In this document: positions 52,258 to 64,000 of the stretch, one piece after another
How the letters are laid out: each line of letters opens with the position of its first letter
How positions within the stretch are numbered: position 1 is the stretch's first letter
NCBI GenBank assembly: GCA_002269645.1
Contig: NIVC01003103.1
Location: 1-64,000 of the forward strand
Length of the DNA: 64,000 nt
Reading direction: 5' to 3'
From: Macrostomum lignano
Taxonomy: Eukaryota
Position numbers and translations under genes: made by a program
The notes under the pieces: model-generated
What the model was told of the DNA's origin: nothing
The model's input: the letters and a program-made list of their open reading frames with translations, nothing else
Databases searched by the model: none

Positions 52258-54956
52258 TGGATTTTTAATGTGCTTTAAAATGTACATAATTTATTAATTT
52301 GCATTATATATAAAAAATATGATTTTAAAAAGGCCTTAGGTTGTTCAGTTGTTTAAATTACAGATTTATTTGCAAATTCATAATACATGTATAAAAATCA
52401 AATATCAAAAGAAAGGGACAAAAAGTAATCCTGCGACTGTAGTTGTTTCTTTAGTTGTGTTTTTAGCTAGGCTAGAAACACTGACAAAGCTAAAAGTAAA
52501 ACTTGCGATTAAGCTTTGTAAGCCATCTGCAAATTTCGACAAAAGAGTTGAGGCTGTTGAGCGAACACAACTAACGAATCTGTGCCAAATTAGCACATAT
52601 TAGCACGATCAGGTACCAATACCAAAGTAATTATAAAAACGTTATTGTTTCAAGACAGAGACAGTTAAAAACAGAGACTGAATAACTGAAAAGTGATTCA
52701 ATACTTCATGGCTGGCCGCTGGGTTAAATGAATTTGTGTATAGGCCTAATTCATCAAATATGTTGGCATCACATTGAGAGGGTGCGGCTTAATTATTGAC
52801 CCTGACAATTTATTTTCTGCTTGCAATGCAAAAGTACATTTTTTGTTTACAGTTCAGTTTTATTTTTCTTTATTGCTGCGAACTAACTGTAATTTATGGT
52901 ATTTTTTGGTTGGCTAAATAATTTTGTTTAATGCGTCAACATTTTGCAACGCCGTCAAGTACTGAACATTGAGCCTTTAAGAGTGCCAATTGATTGAACC
53001 CCAAAAGTGCCTGCGTTTATGTTTAATTGTATTAGTGGAACCAATGACAACTTTATGTTCAATAGCTCTCATTGAAAACAAGTGACAGTTATTTTGGTGC
53101 CGCTATATGTTTCCAGGGTAGGTGTATTCTATAGAGAACGTTCTAGAAACTTCCCAATTGCACACCCCGAATGACCGAATCTATTAATGTAAATCGAAAC
53201 ACCCCTACTGTTCCATAACCACGAGTTTAAATTGCTACTGCACTGATAACTAATATACTACTACAACAATATACGCTCCTCCTCGTTGCCGAGCATTTGT
53301 CGTTTTGGTTATACCGATAAAGGTTCTGTTCGTTTATTTACCGAAAGATACAACAGTTATATATCTATAAACCTTTTTGCTAATACATTCACGTAAGTTT
53401 TATAGAAATGATGTGAACTGGCACTTGCTAATAATGTTCCGTCAGTATCTTCCTATTAAGTTTTTTAAATGCTTTTAACATTCTCAAATCATCATGCTAT
53501 TTGATTGGACTAGCCGTATTATTGTTCTTAACTTGTTTTACCATTTCTAAAAAGAGATGTGCAGACCTCAAGAGATGACAGTGACTTATTTGTAAATCAA
53601 TCGATAAAATACTTTGGGTGACGAATAATCCACCTTGAAAGTTACTTTTACCGTCTTTTATGAGAATTTAAAAAGTCGAAATGTTTTTATAAAAAAACTT
53701 GTTCCGTGTTGAATGTTAAGTTGTAGTAGCATCATGCTAACAATAAAAAGGTAATTATATATATATATATGCATAGCAATATACGTTCGTAATATATTTA
53801 TAGATAGTGTCACTGAACAGCTCAGCTAAAATTGTAGTTGCACAGTGGCGGTCAGAAGAGATCCTTATGAACAATGTAGCAGCAATAACAGAAATTGAAG
53901 CCAGCTTAAAACACTGCGAGACAAAACAGCAGAGCAGCGTGAGTGACAGCGGGGCGGTCAGCACGGGGTCACGCAGATTACAAAGGGTCCGTGCGAGCTG
54001 TATGTGGGACAAGTGAGGGCCTGAAGATCGGGAAGGACCCAAATGGCATGGAGAAGGAACATGATGATGCACTGGTAGCAAGCAAAGAGAAGCAGGGAAG
54101 CGAGAGACAAAACAAAAAGCAGAGAGTGAGAGGCAAACTGAACAGATAAAACAGACGCATCAGAGGGTCGCGAGGGCGGGCCTGTGAGCACAAGCAGCAG
54201 TTGAGACAGAGCAGATCTGAGGACTAACATGATTTGCTTAATCTCTATAATTAATTTATTATTTGTCGTTGCAGACCTAAAACAAAAAATCGCACACTAC
54301 CGATATATACTACCGTAACAGCGGTGGTAGTAGTGTAGTAAGTAAATAATCGCTACAATAGACATCCGAGTAGCAAATCATAACGCAGTAAATTAATAAT
54401 TGATCGAATAGCAGAATGACTGACTGAATGTCAAAATATATCGAATACCCGCAAGACAATACACATACTCGTACGATAAGAGTTGACAATTGGATTCCGC
54501 ATTCACAGATTCGGACTCGCTCCTCGAATCAATCAGACCGGCAGGCCATGCAAGCACAAAATTAACTTTGCATTGAGAATTACAAAATAAAAGACTTCCC
54601 GACCCTCCCTAGCTAAGCTGCGAAAAAGGCAGCCAAGTGAGGTTCGGTAAAGACAGATTCAGTGCAACACAAGCTAAATTTGGAGATTGCATGGGCTAAG
54701 GCTGTGGCATAGAGAGGCAGGGAGAAGTGCACACAGATGGCCAGTCATGGAAGAGAGGAGGCCGGGTGCACAAACTCGCTTGGCTGCTGAACAGCAAAAT
54801 TAATGCAAACAGTGGCTAAAATTTTAGGGGCCCGGAACTGCGGCGCCGCGCAGTGCGTTGAAGTACATTGGAACCCAGTGGGCGGGGCTGAGACAGGCAG
54901 GCTGGCGGGCCAGCGGACTAGACTAGCGCACTCGGGTCTGTCAATCGCCATCACCA

Positions 54957-57130
54957 TCAGACGAACACTTTAGCGAGGCCGTCGGCTCCGGCGCTGGCCA
55001 TGAAACTCTTGGACGGGTGCAGCGCCAGGGCGTGGATGGCCTCGTCAAATTTCTTTCTATGCGCGGTGATCTCCTGCATGCAGGTGCGGTCGTCCAGGCG
55101 CCACAGCCGGATGGAGCTGTCGTGGCTGCCGGACAGCATGTACAGGCCGTTGGTGTCGATGGCCAGGCTGGTGACGCTGTCCAGGTGGGCCACCATGCTG
55201 TGCGCCAGGCCGCCCGAGTTCATGTCGTAGAACCGGATCCGCCTGTCCTCGTGCGCCGCGATGCAGACGGCCTGGGCGGGGTGCGCGATGGCCGCGTTGG
55301 CCGGCCCGGCGCCGTCTTCGCTGAGCCGCGCGATCACCTGGCCGGTCTCGGCGTCCATCAGCAGGCACTGGCCGGACTGCAGCGACACGAGCAGCTTGCC
55401 GGGGTCGGCCGGCAGGAGGCCCAGGCTGGTCGGCGAGTGCGGCAGCTGGCGGCAGCTCAACAGGCGCTGCTCGGCCGGCTGGCTGGGCCGCCAGGCGCGA
55501 AGCGTCCGATCGGCGCCGATGGAGAACAGCGTGGTGGGGGCGCCGCTGGCCGGCCTGAGGACGGATTTGACAGTAATAGACAATAACTCAATATGCGACT
55601 CCCCATGAGCTCCTACAGCCACTGCATCGTACCCGAACCCTCCTTACCTGGAGGCGGCGAGGCCCCACACGGCGTCCTCGTGGCCGGTGAGCACGGGGCC
55701 AACCAGGCTGGCATCGAACGGGTCGTAGGGGTCCATGGACAGCGGCGGGAGGCCCCAGACTCTGACGGTGCCGTCCAGGCCGCCAGAGAACAGCAGCTGG
55801 TCGGCGATGCAGGCGCAGAGGACGGGGCCGGCGTGGCCGCGGAAGGTGTGAATGGGCTCCAGGTCCACCGACATGCCCTTCTTGGTGGGCTGCTCGCTGG
55901 GCGCCTTGCTGACATTCCACAGCTTCAGGGTGCAGTCCTCCGAGGCCGTCACCAGCGCCGGCTCGGTGGGATGGAAGAAGAGCGACCTCACCGAGTCGAA
56001 GTGCGACCGCAGGCTGAACTTGATCGCCCAGGTGCGGCGGCACTCGGCTGTCGTGCCGGCGTCGCTCTCGTTGGCCACGGTGATGTCCTGCAGGTCGCCC
56101 AGGTTGAGCCCCAGAGCCGAGCGGAAGCCCTCCTCCTCGGAGCCGCCGCCGGACCCCGCAGCGCCGCCACCGCCGCCAGACACGGCCAGGCGGATTTCGG
56201 GATCGTCAAGAGTGGGGTAGGGCCCTGTGGGCTCCGTCTCGGGCGGCGGTGAGCCCGCCCGGTCCGGCTCGTCCATGAAGCCGCCGGAGCCGCCGCCGCC
56301 GCTTGACCGTTTCGGAGCGCGGACCCGCTCTTTGCGGAAGTCGGCCATCTTGGAGAGGGTCTTCTCGTCCATGGCCCATTCGGACTGCTCCTGCTGGTTC
56401 ACCAGGAAGTCGAACTCGGCAATTACCTGGGGATTGAGAAAAATGCAGCGAACTTATTAATAGTAGGAATAGCAAGACCCAAGCCCACTTTTAAAATGAT
56501 CATCTCAGCAGCTCTGGTGATAATAGGTTGGTAGCCACACAGCAACGGCTTCATCACCTGTTCCTCCTCAGTGACGGTAGGTCCGCCTCCGCCGCTGCTC
56601 CCAGACTCCTCGTCGCTGCCTTCATCGTCGACATTGATTCCCATGCTACTCAGTTGCTCCTCGATGGTCCGCCGACCCTTGCCGCCGCCGCCGCTGTCTT
56701 TGACGTCCCCGGAGGCTGGGCCGGCCGGGTATGCGGCTGTGGAAGAGGCGGCAGCGGACGGGGAGCCAAGCAGCTGCTCAACTCGAGCCTGCTTGACATC
56801 CGTGATGACCTCATTGTAGCCCATCTCCTGCAGGTACTGCTTGATCACCTCCCGGCCATCCTTGCGCTTAGCCGGCTGCTGCTGCTGCAGCGCTTCGGTC
56901 AGCTCAGCAGCGGCCGGCTCGGAGACCGGCGCGCCCTCGTCCTCGGCGCCGAGGTCGGGCTTGGCAAGGTCGGCTGCGGTGAAGCCGGGCGGCTCCGTGC
57001 CGAACTTCAGCCGGTGGAATTTCGCCCGCTCCTGCTTCAACGCGAATTCCAGCATCTTGATGCGGCGCACCAGGTCGTGCTTCAGGTTCTCCTGGCCCTT
57101 GCGCTCGCCCTGGAGGAAGGCGATACGCGC
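54957..57130 (-). CDS. STRN3: Striatin-family WD40 protein (STRIPAK scaffold), 5'-partial
   Basis: Exons 57130-56558, 56426-55648 and 55554-54957 are in frame. They give ARIAFLQGERKGQENLKHDLVRRIKMLEFALKQERAK, IAEFDFL, TWAIKFSLRSHFDSVRSLFFHPTEPALVTASEDCTLKLWN and HSMVAHLDSVTSLAID...QEITAHRKKFDEAI...ASAGADGLAKVFV*. Exon 1 was not found up to 64000. The paralog symbol is approximate. Confidence 0.93.
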
Positions 57131-57871
57131 CTGGGGTGGGAAAATGCGGTTTTGTTAAGGCCTGCAGCTCCCGGAGTTGTCAAACAGCGCCATAGCTTGA
57201 GAGAATCGGCACTGGATGGCAAGGTTTGTAAACTATATCTTCGTGTTGGAAAAAATGCTGTACTACTCATTACTAGTTACCAAAAATGTAATTAGCGCTA
57301 CTTCTTATCAGTAACGATCATTCATTTTTTAAAATTCTCCCATTACTTCATTACCAAAATGCTACAAGATATTGAATAATACACGTATCAAGGTACAAAT
57401 AATAAATGCACTTATTAATGACATGCAACTAACAAAGGAATGAATAAATTTGTGGTGTATTTTTATTGTTGGTTAATGGCTGGTCAGAATGGCAAAAATC
57501 TTAGTGTATATATTAAAAAAATTATTTTGTATATTTAATTTGGAAGATTTTTTGTTTAAGGTCAGGAGGGTAAAAAAGTATTTCAATGTACTTAAACTTT
57601 GCTTAAATTTCACTTTTTTGAAAATTGAGTTTAAATTAACTTTAACAAACTAAAAAATATAGAATGAAAGGCTCCTATATGTAAAAAATGTAATCCCATA
57701 GTAACAGACTGAGCATAGTGCATCATATCAAGGGCAGTTGGCAAACAAATACATATGTAGCACAGTTGCCAAGTCAGGAAAATAATACTTTCCTTTAGGA
57801 AAAGAAACTTCAAAGCATATGAATTCATGACTTGGCTAATATTGCCAATCTAGTAAGCAATGTTTGGATAA

Positions 57872-58905
57872 CCCAGGTAAAATTGCCATGTCTCCTATAG
57901 TGACTAGACATGGTCCAGTAGATATCATTGGTGTATCATGTATGCAAATTCCATTGATGTCGCCATTGCCATCGGAGACATGTGGGGACATTAACCGAGA
58001 CATCATGCTATGTGGAAACATGGCGAGATATCAAGATGAGGCATAATGCAAGACATAAAGAGACATTACCCAAGAACTCATTTCAATGAGACATGGTGAG
58101 ACACTGTGCAAGACATCATTCATATCCACAAGACATGGCGAGACATGACCACATAAATGACAATTTTTCTAATTATACACTGCACTAAAATACAAAAATG
58201 TATACTATGACATACTGCACTTAAGGTACATATTGTAATTAATCCTATTCATGATACTTACATAAAGACCATAGAATGATATAGAATACCAAATAGAATG
58301 AAATCCTAACTTTCAGTCCATAGAAGGGGAGTCATGTACAGGGACAGTCTACTATTGGTCTGTACTCATATTTTTAGCCTTCCCTTACTGACATACTTGC
58401 AAACTTTAATAAATACCAGGAAATTCTTTAGAAAACTGTTTCTCTAAACTGTTATCTAAATATACTAAATCAGTATACTAAATATATACATTGAGACATA
58501 AGTTAGTAATTTGAGAGTCATGAGCTACAAGTGCACATTGTATAAAACCAATGGAACACATCTATTCAAACAATTTAAGCATAATTTCCTATCCCTTCTT
58601 GCTTTCTTAACCGGGCTGGGGATTGGATATGGCAGAGTTAAACAGGGTACAAAAGTGTCACCAAGTCATGTCCCAAGATGTCTTGGAAAAAATATGTCTC
58701 GGAGTGATGTCTTGGGATGTCTTGGAGTGATGTCTCAATGTCTTAGGGCCATGTCTCGAAAAAAAGATATCTCAGGCTAATGTCTTTAAAGAGACATCCT
58801 ATATGATGTCTCCCCAACAAGTCAATAGACATGTCAACATGTCAATTGATATCTTTAGGAGGGGGTGTTGCAATGTCCTTGGGACATCTTTAATTTTTAC
58901 TTGAT
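57872..58905. mobile_element. Degenerate non-autonomous DNA element with oppositely oriented subterminal GAGACA/TGTCTC repeats
   Basis: gagacat motifs cluster at 57990-58150 and atgtctc/atgtctt motifs at 58665-58880. The termini ca(g/a)gtaaaa..tt...atgtc.c are roughly inverted. Confidence 0.45.
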
Positions 58906-59537
58906 AAAAAAAGGAAATTAGAAATTTGTTTTCAAGACCTACTAGTAGATAATTATATAAAAATCATAGGTTACATATTTGAGTTGAAATAGTTCAACTT
59001 TGTATGAAACAATTACTTTACCAGAAATTAGTAAGGATAATTCTGCCAAGATTAACATACATAAAAGATTATGGTCCCTCTTTTGTATTTAAAATAATGT
59101 TGCTATATAACTAAACCAATTATAGCTAACTAATTAGAATTAATTAGACAAATATTTAAATCTCTATAAGACTATTTCAACTATCTGCAATCTATCCAGG
59201 TTTTTATTTATATTTTTATGTATATTACATATATTATGTATATTAGAACCAATAAAAGCTTTATCAATGCCGTATAGTTAGAAAAAAAGGCATATATGCC
59301 AGAAATTTCCTAGGTATAGTCTAGAAATTGGTATAAAAAAGTGATTTTTTTTGCTTTTGGTATACATGTTTAATATTTTGGTGATAACATATACAAAAAT
59401 TTAAAAAATATATAATAATAATAGTCATAATAGTTGCACTTGCATATTTAATTATAAAAATTGATAAATATTTAATATAAAACTGATTTCTATGTTTTTG
59501 AAATATAAAGCTTAAAAGTTTAATTAAAAATGCATAA

Positions 59538-60045
59538 GCCACACTCTGGATCATGTAGTATATGCCCAAAATATAGGCATGCATTGGCCTTGCATGCCAA
59601 AAATAGGTATGCACAGTTGGCATACATTACTCCTAAGAAACTAGTATGCATGCATACCTAGCATGCACTTCATAGAATCACATGGAAAAGTTATTGTGAA
59701 GTAGAAAAAAAAGCTGAAAAAAGGTTCATTTTTAGGCATAAATTTCAAGCTTTCTGGTTTTTTAAGCTTGTAATAAAGCATTTAAACAAAAAATTTACAT
59801 GTATCAATTTTTACTATAAATAATATCATTAAAAAAGCAGAAAAATTATCCAAATTATTTGCAAAAAGGGTTCATTATGCAATGTAAAAAAGGGTCATTT
59901 ATTGTCACAATATAAAAAAGGATCATTTATTGTTGCAACATTGGCATAGTTTTGAGAATGGGTATGCACTCAATATTTTTTGGCATGAATTTGTAATTAT
60001 TTGATTTTTGTTCAGGTGTACACCCATCATGATCTGGACTATGGT
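59538..60045. mobile_element. More diverged relative of the foldback element
   Basis: 59700-59970 aligns by eye to 60820-61060 (gttcatttt..gcataaatttcaag...agcttgtaata...ctataaataatat...ggtcat.tattgttgcaaca). It ends with ctggactatgg. Confidence 0.55.
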
Positions 60046-60577
60046 GCACAAGTTTAACTTTTTCATATTTTCTCCATTTGAGAAGCTATTTTAGCATGTT
60101 TGGACTATTAAAACAATAAAATTAACAACTTTGTTTTTTAGTACTTTTTCTGTCTCTTGCGTGGGGTAAAAAAGAAATGAAAGGCCTATGCCATGAGTTA
60201 AACTTGTATTTATACTAACATAGTGAACAGGTTAGCTGAAATATCTATGGTAAATTAATGGCTGGGATTGTCTATGGGGAAAAGCATGGTAGACAAAGGG
60301 AGTTGGCTAACTGAAAAGTACAAGGCTGAATTGCAAAACAAAAGTACAAATTTTTGAAGGATGGAAATTTAACATATGTTGTCTGACATGCCATTGATAC
60401 TTGTTGGGAGTCTATGGCCCAAAGGGATGAGTTGGTTAAAGGGGAAAGGGAAGTCTAAGCACTTAGACTTATGTTCTTGCTGGTGCTGCTAATTAATTCT
60501 TGCTAAGACTATTAACCAACCATTAAGTCTATCAACACTGCCAAGAGGCCGCCCTCAAATAGTTAGGAATCATTAAG

Positions 60578-61654
60578 CCATAGTCTGAAGAGGGGTGGTA
60601 TGCCGGATTAATCCGGCATATACTCATGACTTTTGGCATACACTTGGCATACAATTTTTTACTTTTTGAAATCTGGTGTACTTATCTAGCATATAAAAAT
60701 GCTTATTCAAAAAGTGGCATATATGTTCCTGCAGTTGTGGAATCAAATCAAATAGTCTAAGAAAATAGTGCGCATGCAGCTAATAGTATCACGCAAGAGT
60801 TTGTGAAAAGTACAAAAAACATAAAACAAGTTCATTTTTAAGCATAAATTTCAAGGCTTTGGGTTTTGAGAGCTTGTAATAGAAATTTAAACAAATCTTT
60901 GTGTGTATTAAGTTTCCCCTATAAATAATATTAGCAAAAAAGCAAAAGTATCAATTATATTATTAGCTCAAAAGGGTTACTTTACGCAATTTAAGAGAAT
61001 AATATACATTGTTGCAAAGGTCATGTATTGTTGCAACACTGGGGTAGATTTGAGAGTGGGCATACACCATAGTTTGGAATACCCTGAATGTATGCCAGAC
61101 TAAAATCTCTCACAATTTTTCGGTACAACAGTAAACATGCCTGCCCACCAGTAAGCATGCCCATTTTCAAATCTACGCCGGTATTGCGACAATAAATGAC
61201 CTTTTTTACATTGTAACAATGAATTATTTTGTTTTTAAATTGTGTAAAGTAACCCTTTTTAGCTAACAATTTGGTTAATACTTTTGCTTTTTTGTTGATA
61301 TTATTTATAGCAGAAACTTAATACACACAAAGATTTGTTTAAATTTTTTATTACAAGCTCTAAAAACCCGGAAAGCTTGAAATTGCTTAAAAATGAACTT
61401 GTTTTATGTTTTTTATTCACTTTTCACAAACTTTTCTGCATGATTCTATTAACTGCATGCACACTATTTTCTTAGACTTTTTGATTTAATTCCGCAACTA
61501 TGGGAACATGTACACCACTTTTTAAATATGCATTTTTATACACTAGATAGTATGCCAGATTTCAAAAAGTAAAAAATTGTACGCCAAGTGTATGCCAAAA
61601 GTTGTGAATATACGCTAGATTAATCCGGCGTACTACCCCTCTTCTGGACTATGG
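60578..61654. mobile_element. Foldback element, ~490-bp inverted arms with a ~90-bp spacer
   Basis: The left arm ccatagtctgaagaggggtggtatgccggattaat... (60578 to ~61065) aligns along its length to the reverse complement of ~61155-61654 (ccatagtccagaagaggggtagtacgccggattaat...). Confidence 0.85.
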
Positions 61655-62364
61655 AGCATACACTCAAACTTTGGCGTACACTGGCGTACCAAAAAAATTG
61701 AGAGAGATTTTAGGGACTTCTTCAAGTTTATGTTGATAAAATACTTCCGATTTTTCAATTTTTCTGAAACTTGTAGTGGAGACTTATGGGGCACCCAAAA
61801 TTACAAAAATGCAAAAAAAGTGTAGAAAGTTACCTATACGGTTAATGCAATGACGATTTACTTGATTCCCTATTCTCTTAATAAGGTTCGGTGAGAAAAA
61901 GTTTCTACAAATACATTTTTGAAAGTGTATCCACTTGACTTTTAATTTTATGGCACATGTGCTAGAACTTCATTAGGCCAATTAAAGATGAATATTAATA
62001 TCTACAAATTAATATGCAAATGTTTTTTATGTTTGCGGATTATAGTTTTTCAATTTAGTTATAATGCATAGACAGTGCCACGTCACTGTGTGCTTTTTTC
62101 AAAAAACTGCCACGTCACAACCCGCTCAATCTTTGCACTTGCACTTTCACTGCACCCAGCCAAAGCAACGTTCAAAATTCGCACTTGTATTTTGCACCTC
62201 AAAACCAACTACTATATAAGGCTAGATTACTAATTCTATTGTATTAAGGCAGTAACAACACTTAATTTTGGTAAGCAAATTCATTTAGATAAAGTTATGT
62301 TGATTCAAGTTTATGTTGATATAATTAAACAGAGATTCATTGTCAAATAAATTCCAACTTGTTT

Positions 62365-62684
62365 CAACCCCCCCCCCCCTATTAGAATTGGAATTTATCA
62401 GCACAATCTTGAATAGGTCTCTATGCCTCTATTCAAGTTTATGTTGATAAAATCAATCCCCATGAAGAATCTCCCCACCCTAAAACCCCCCATTCCCCAT
62501 GCCCTGGTGATTGGTTTTAAGCTACAACCCCCCCCCCCCTATTAGAATTGGAATTTATCAGCACAATCTTGAATAGGTCTCTATGCCTCTATTCAAGTTT
62601 ATGTTGATAAAATCAATCCCCATGAAGAATCTCCCCACCCTAAAACCCCCCATTCCCCATGCCCCGGTGGTTGGTTTTAAGCTA
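62365..62684. repeat. 160-bp direct tandem duplication
   Basis: caacc(c)n tattagaattgg...ggttttaagcta starts at 62365 and again at 62525. Confidence 0.9.
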
Positions 62685-64000
62685 CATATAATTGGGTTAA
62701 AGCTACCTAAAAATGAAGCTCAAATTTGAAATCAGCACCATCAAAAACCTTATAGAGACAAAATTATGATCCTATCCAAATTGAAACTATTTTATCAACA
62801 TAAACTTGAAGTTGAAGAAGTCCGATTTTAGTCCATTGTACATTCAGGGTGTTCCAAACTATGGTCATTAGGAATAGCTTAAGATAGAAAAAAGTACTTA
62901 AAAAACAAAGTTGTTAATTTTAATGTTTTAATAGCTCTGGTCTGGGGATATCTAAACATGCTAAAATCAGCTTTTCAAGTGGAGTAGATGCAAAAAACAT
63001 TGAAAAAATAGTTTGACAAAACAATTTGAAAAGAATGCCAAAATATTATATAAGTATAATTATTATTTTTAGTTTTTTATTTCACCTGATTGAAATTAAA
63101 TATCAAAATCACAACTCTTGTAGTAATACTTAAATCAACAATTTAGAGCTTTGCATAAGGTAATATATTTAGTATACACCAGTATATACCAAAAAATGGT
63201 CAGAGTGTTTTGAACTATGGTCTATGCCATAAATTTGGCATTTGGCATTTGCAATTTTGATGGCACAAAAGTGATTATTAATGACATGTCAATATTACTA
63301 GACCTCTTAAGTGATAAGTCATTTTGCATTGTTAATAATTTATATTATTTGACATTTATATTATAAGCCAGCCATTATTTGTCCAGTGACTAGACAAATA
63401 GCCTTTTTGCTATTTGTCTGTTTAAATTGATAACACAAAGTATCTTATTTGTTTTGTGATGAATATTCTAGATTTTTAAGACCTTTTCTCATATACTGAT
63501 TACACTCTACATGCACCTAGAGTGTAAGCAAAGCAGTGTATTCAATTTGGCAATTTGGTGTATAAGACACACACTAGTATAACAATATAATAATCAAGAT
63601 ATGAGTAAGAAGTCTTTGAAGTCTAGAATTATTTACCCTTGTGGTTTTTATGAACTATATATTTTAGCATTATCATTTTAACCAGACAAATAACAAAATG
63701 TCTATTTGTCTGGTAATAACCAGATGAATAGGAAAGCATGGTCAGGATCCAGTAACCGGACAAATAACCACATCACTATTCGTCTGGTCACCGGACAAAT
63801 AACAACTGCCATATTACAAATATGATATTGATAGATTAGATAAATTAAACTTTAAGACTAATGACACTTTTAGACTTAATTACTATACTTGTTTTAATGT
63901 AAAATGATTTTACTATTATTATGATCTGCACAGACATATAGCAAATTTATTAGAAAAGGTTAGTTAATGCATAATGATTAATGTCAATGTGTTGCTAGAC

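Overview
Animal (eukaryotic) genomic DNA. GC/CpG-rich spliced genes alternate with AT-rich, CpG-poor transposon debris and many different minisatellites. The style suggests the flatworm Macrostomum, but this is inference and cannot be proven from the window. I reconstructed nine protein-coding genes by hand, checking GT-AG junctions and reading frame: IFT57 (-, one 1-nt frameshift), a ~1050-aa IFIT-like TPR protein (+), importin-7/8 (-), RIIAD1 (+), a calumenin/reticulocalbin (+), a small PDZ-only protein (+), a secreted fibrinogen-domain protein (+), CALML4 (-) and striatin (-, first exon not found in the window). Mobile elements: an internally deleted Tc1 element, MITE/foldback elements and three tRNA-derived SINE-like copies. 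Most long ORFs in the supplied track are translations of tandem repeats, not genes. Most notable: (i) minisatellites whose unit contains the host gene's own splice site (RIIAD1, calumenin, CALML4), one keeping frame at exactly six extra units; (ii) reciprocal CpG->TpG/CpA decay in repeat copies while genes stay CpG-rich; (iii) an IFIT-like gene in an invertebrate; (iv) a CALML4 with no assigned ATG that could take its AUG from a spliced leader.
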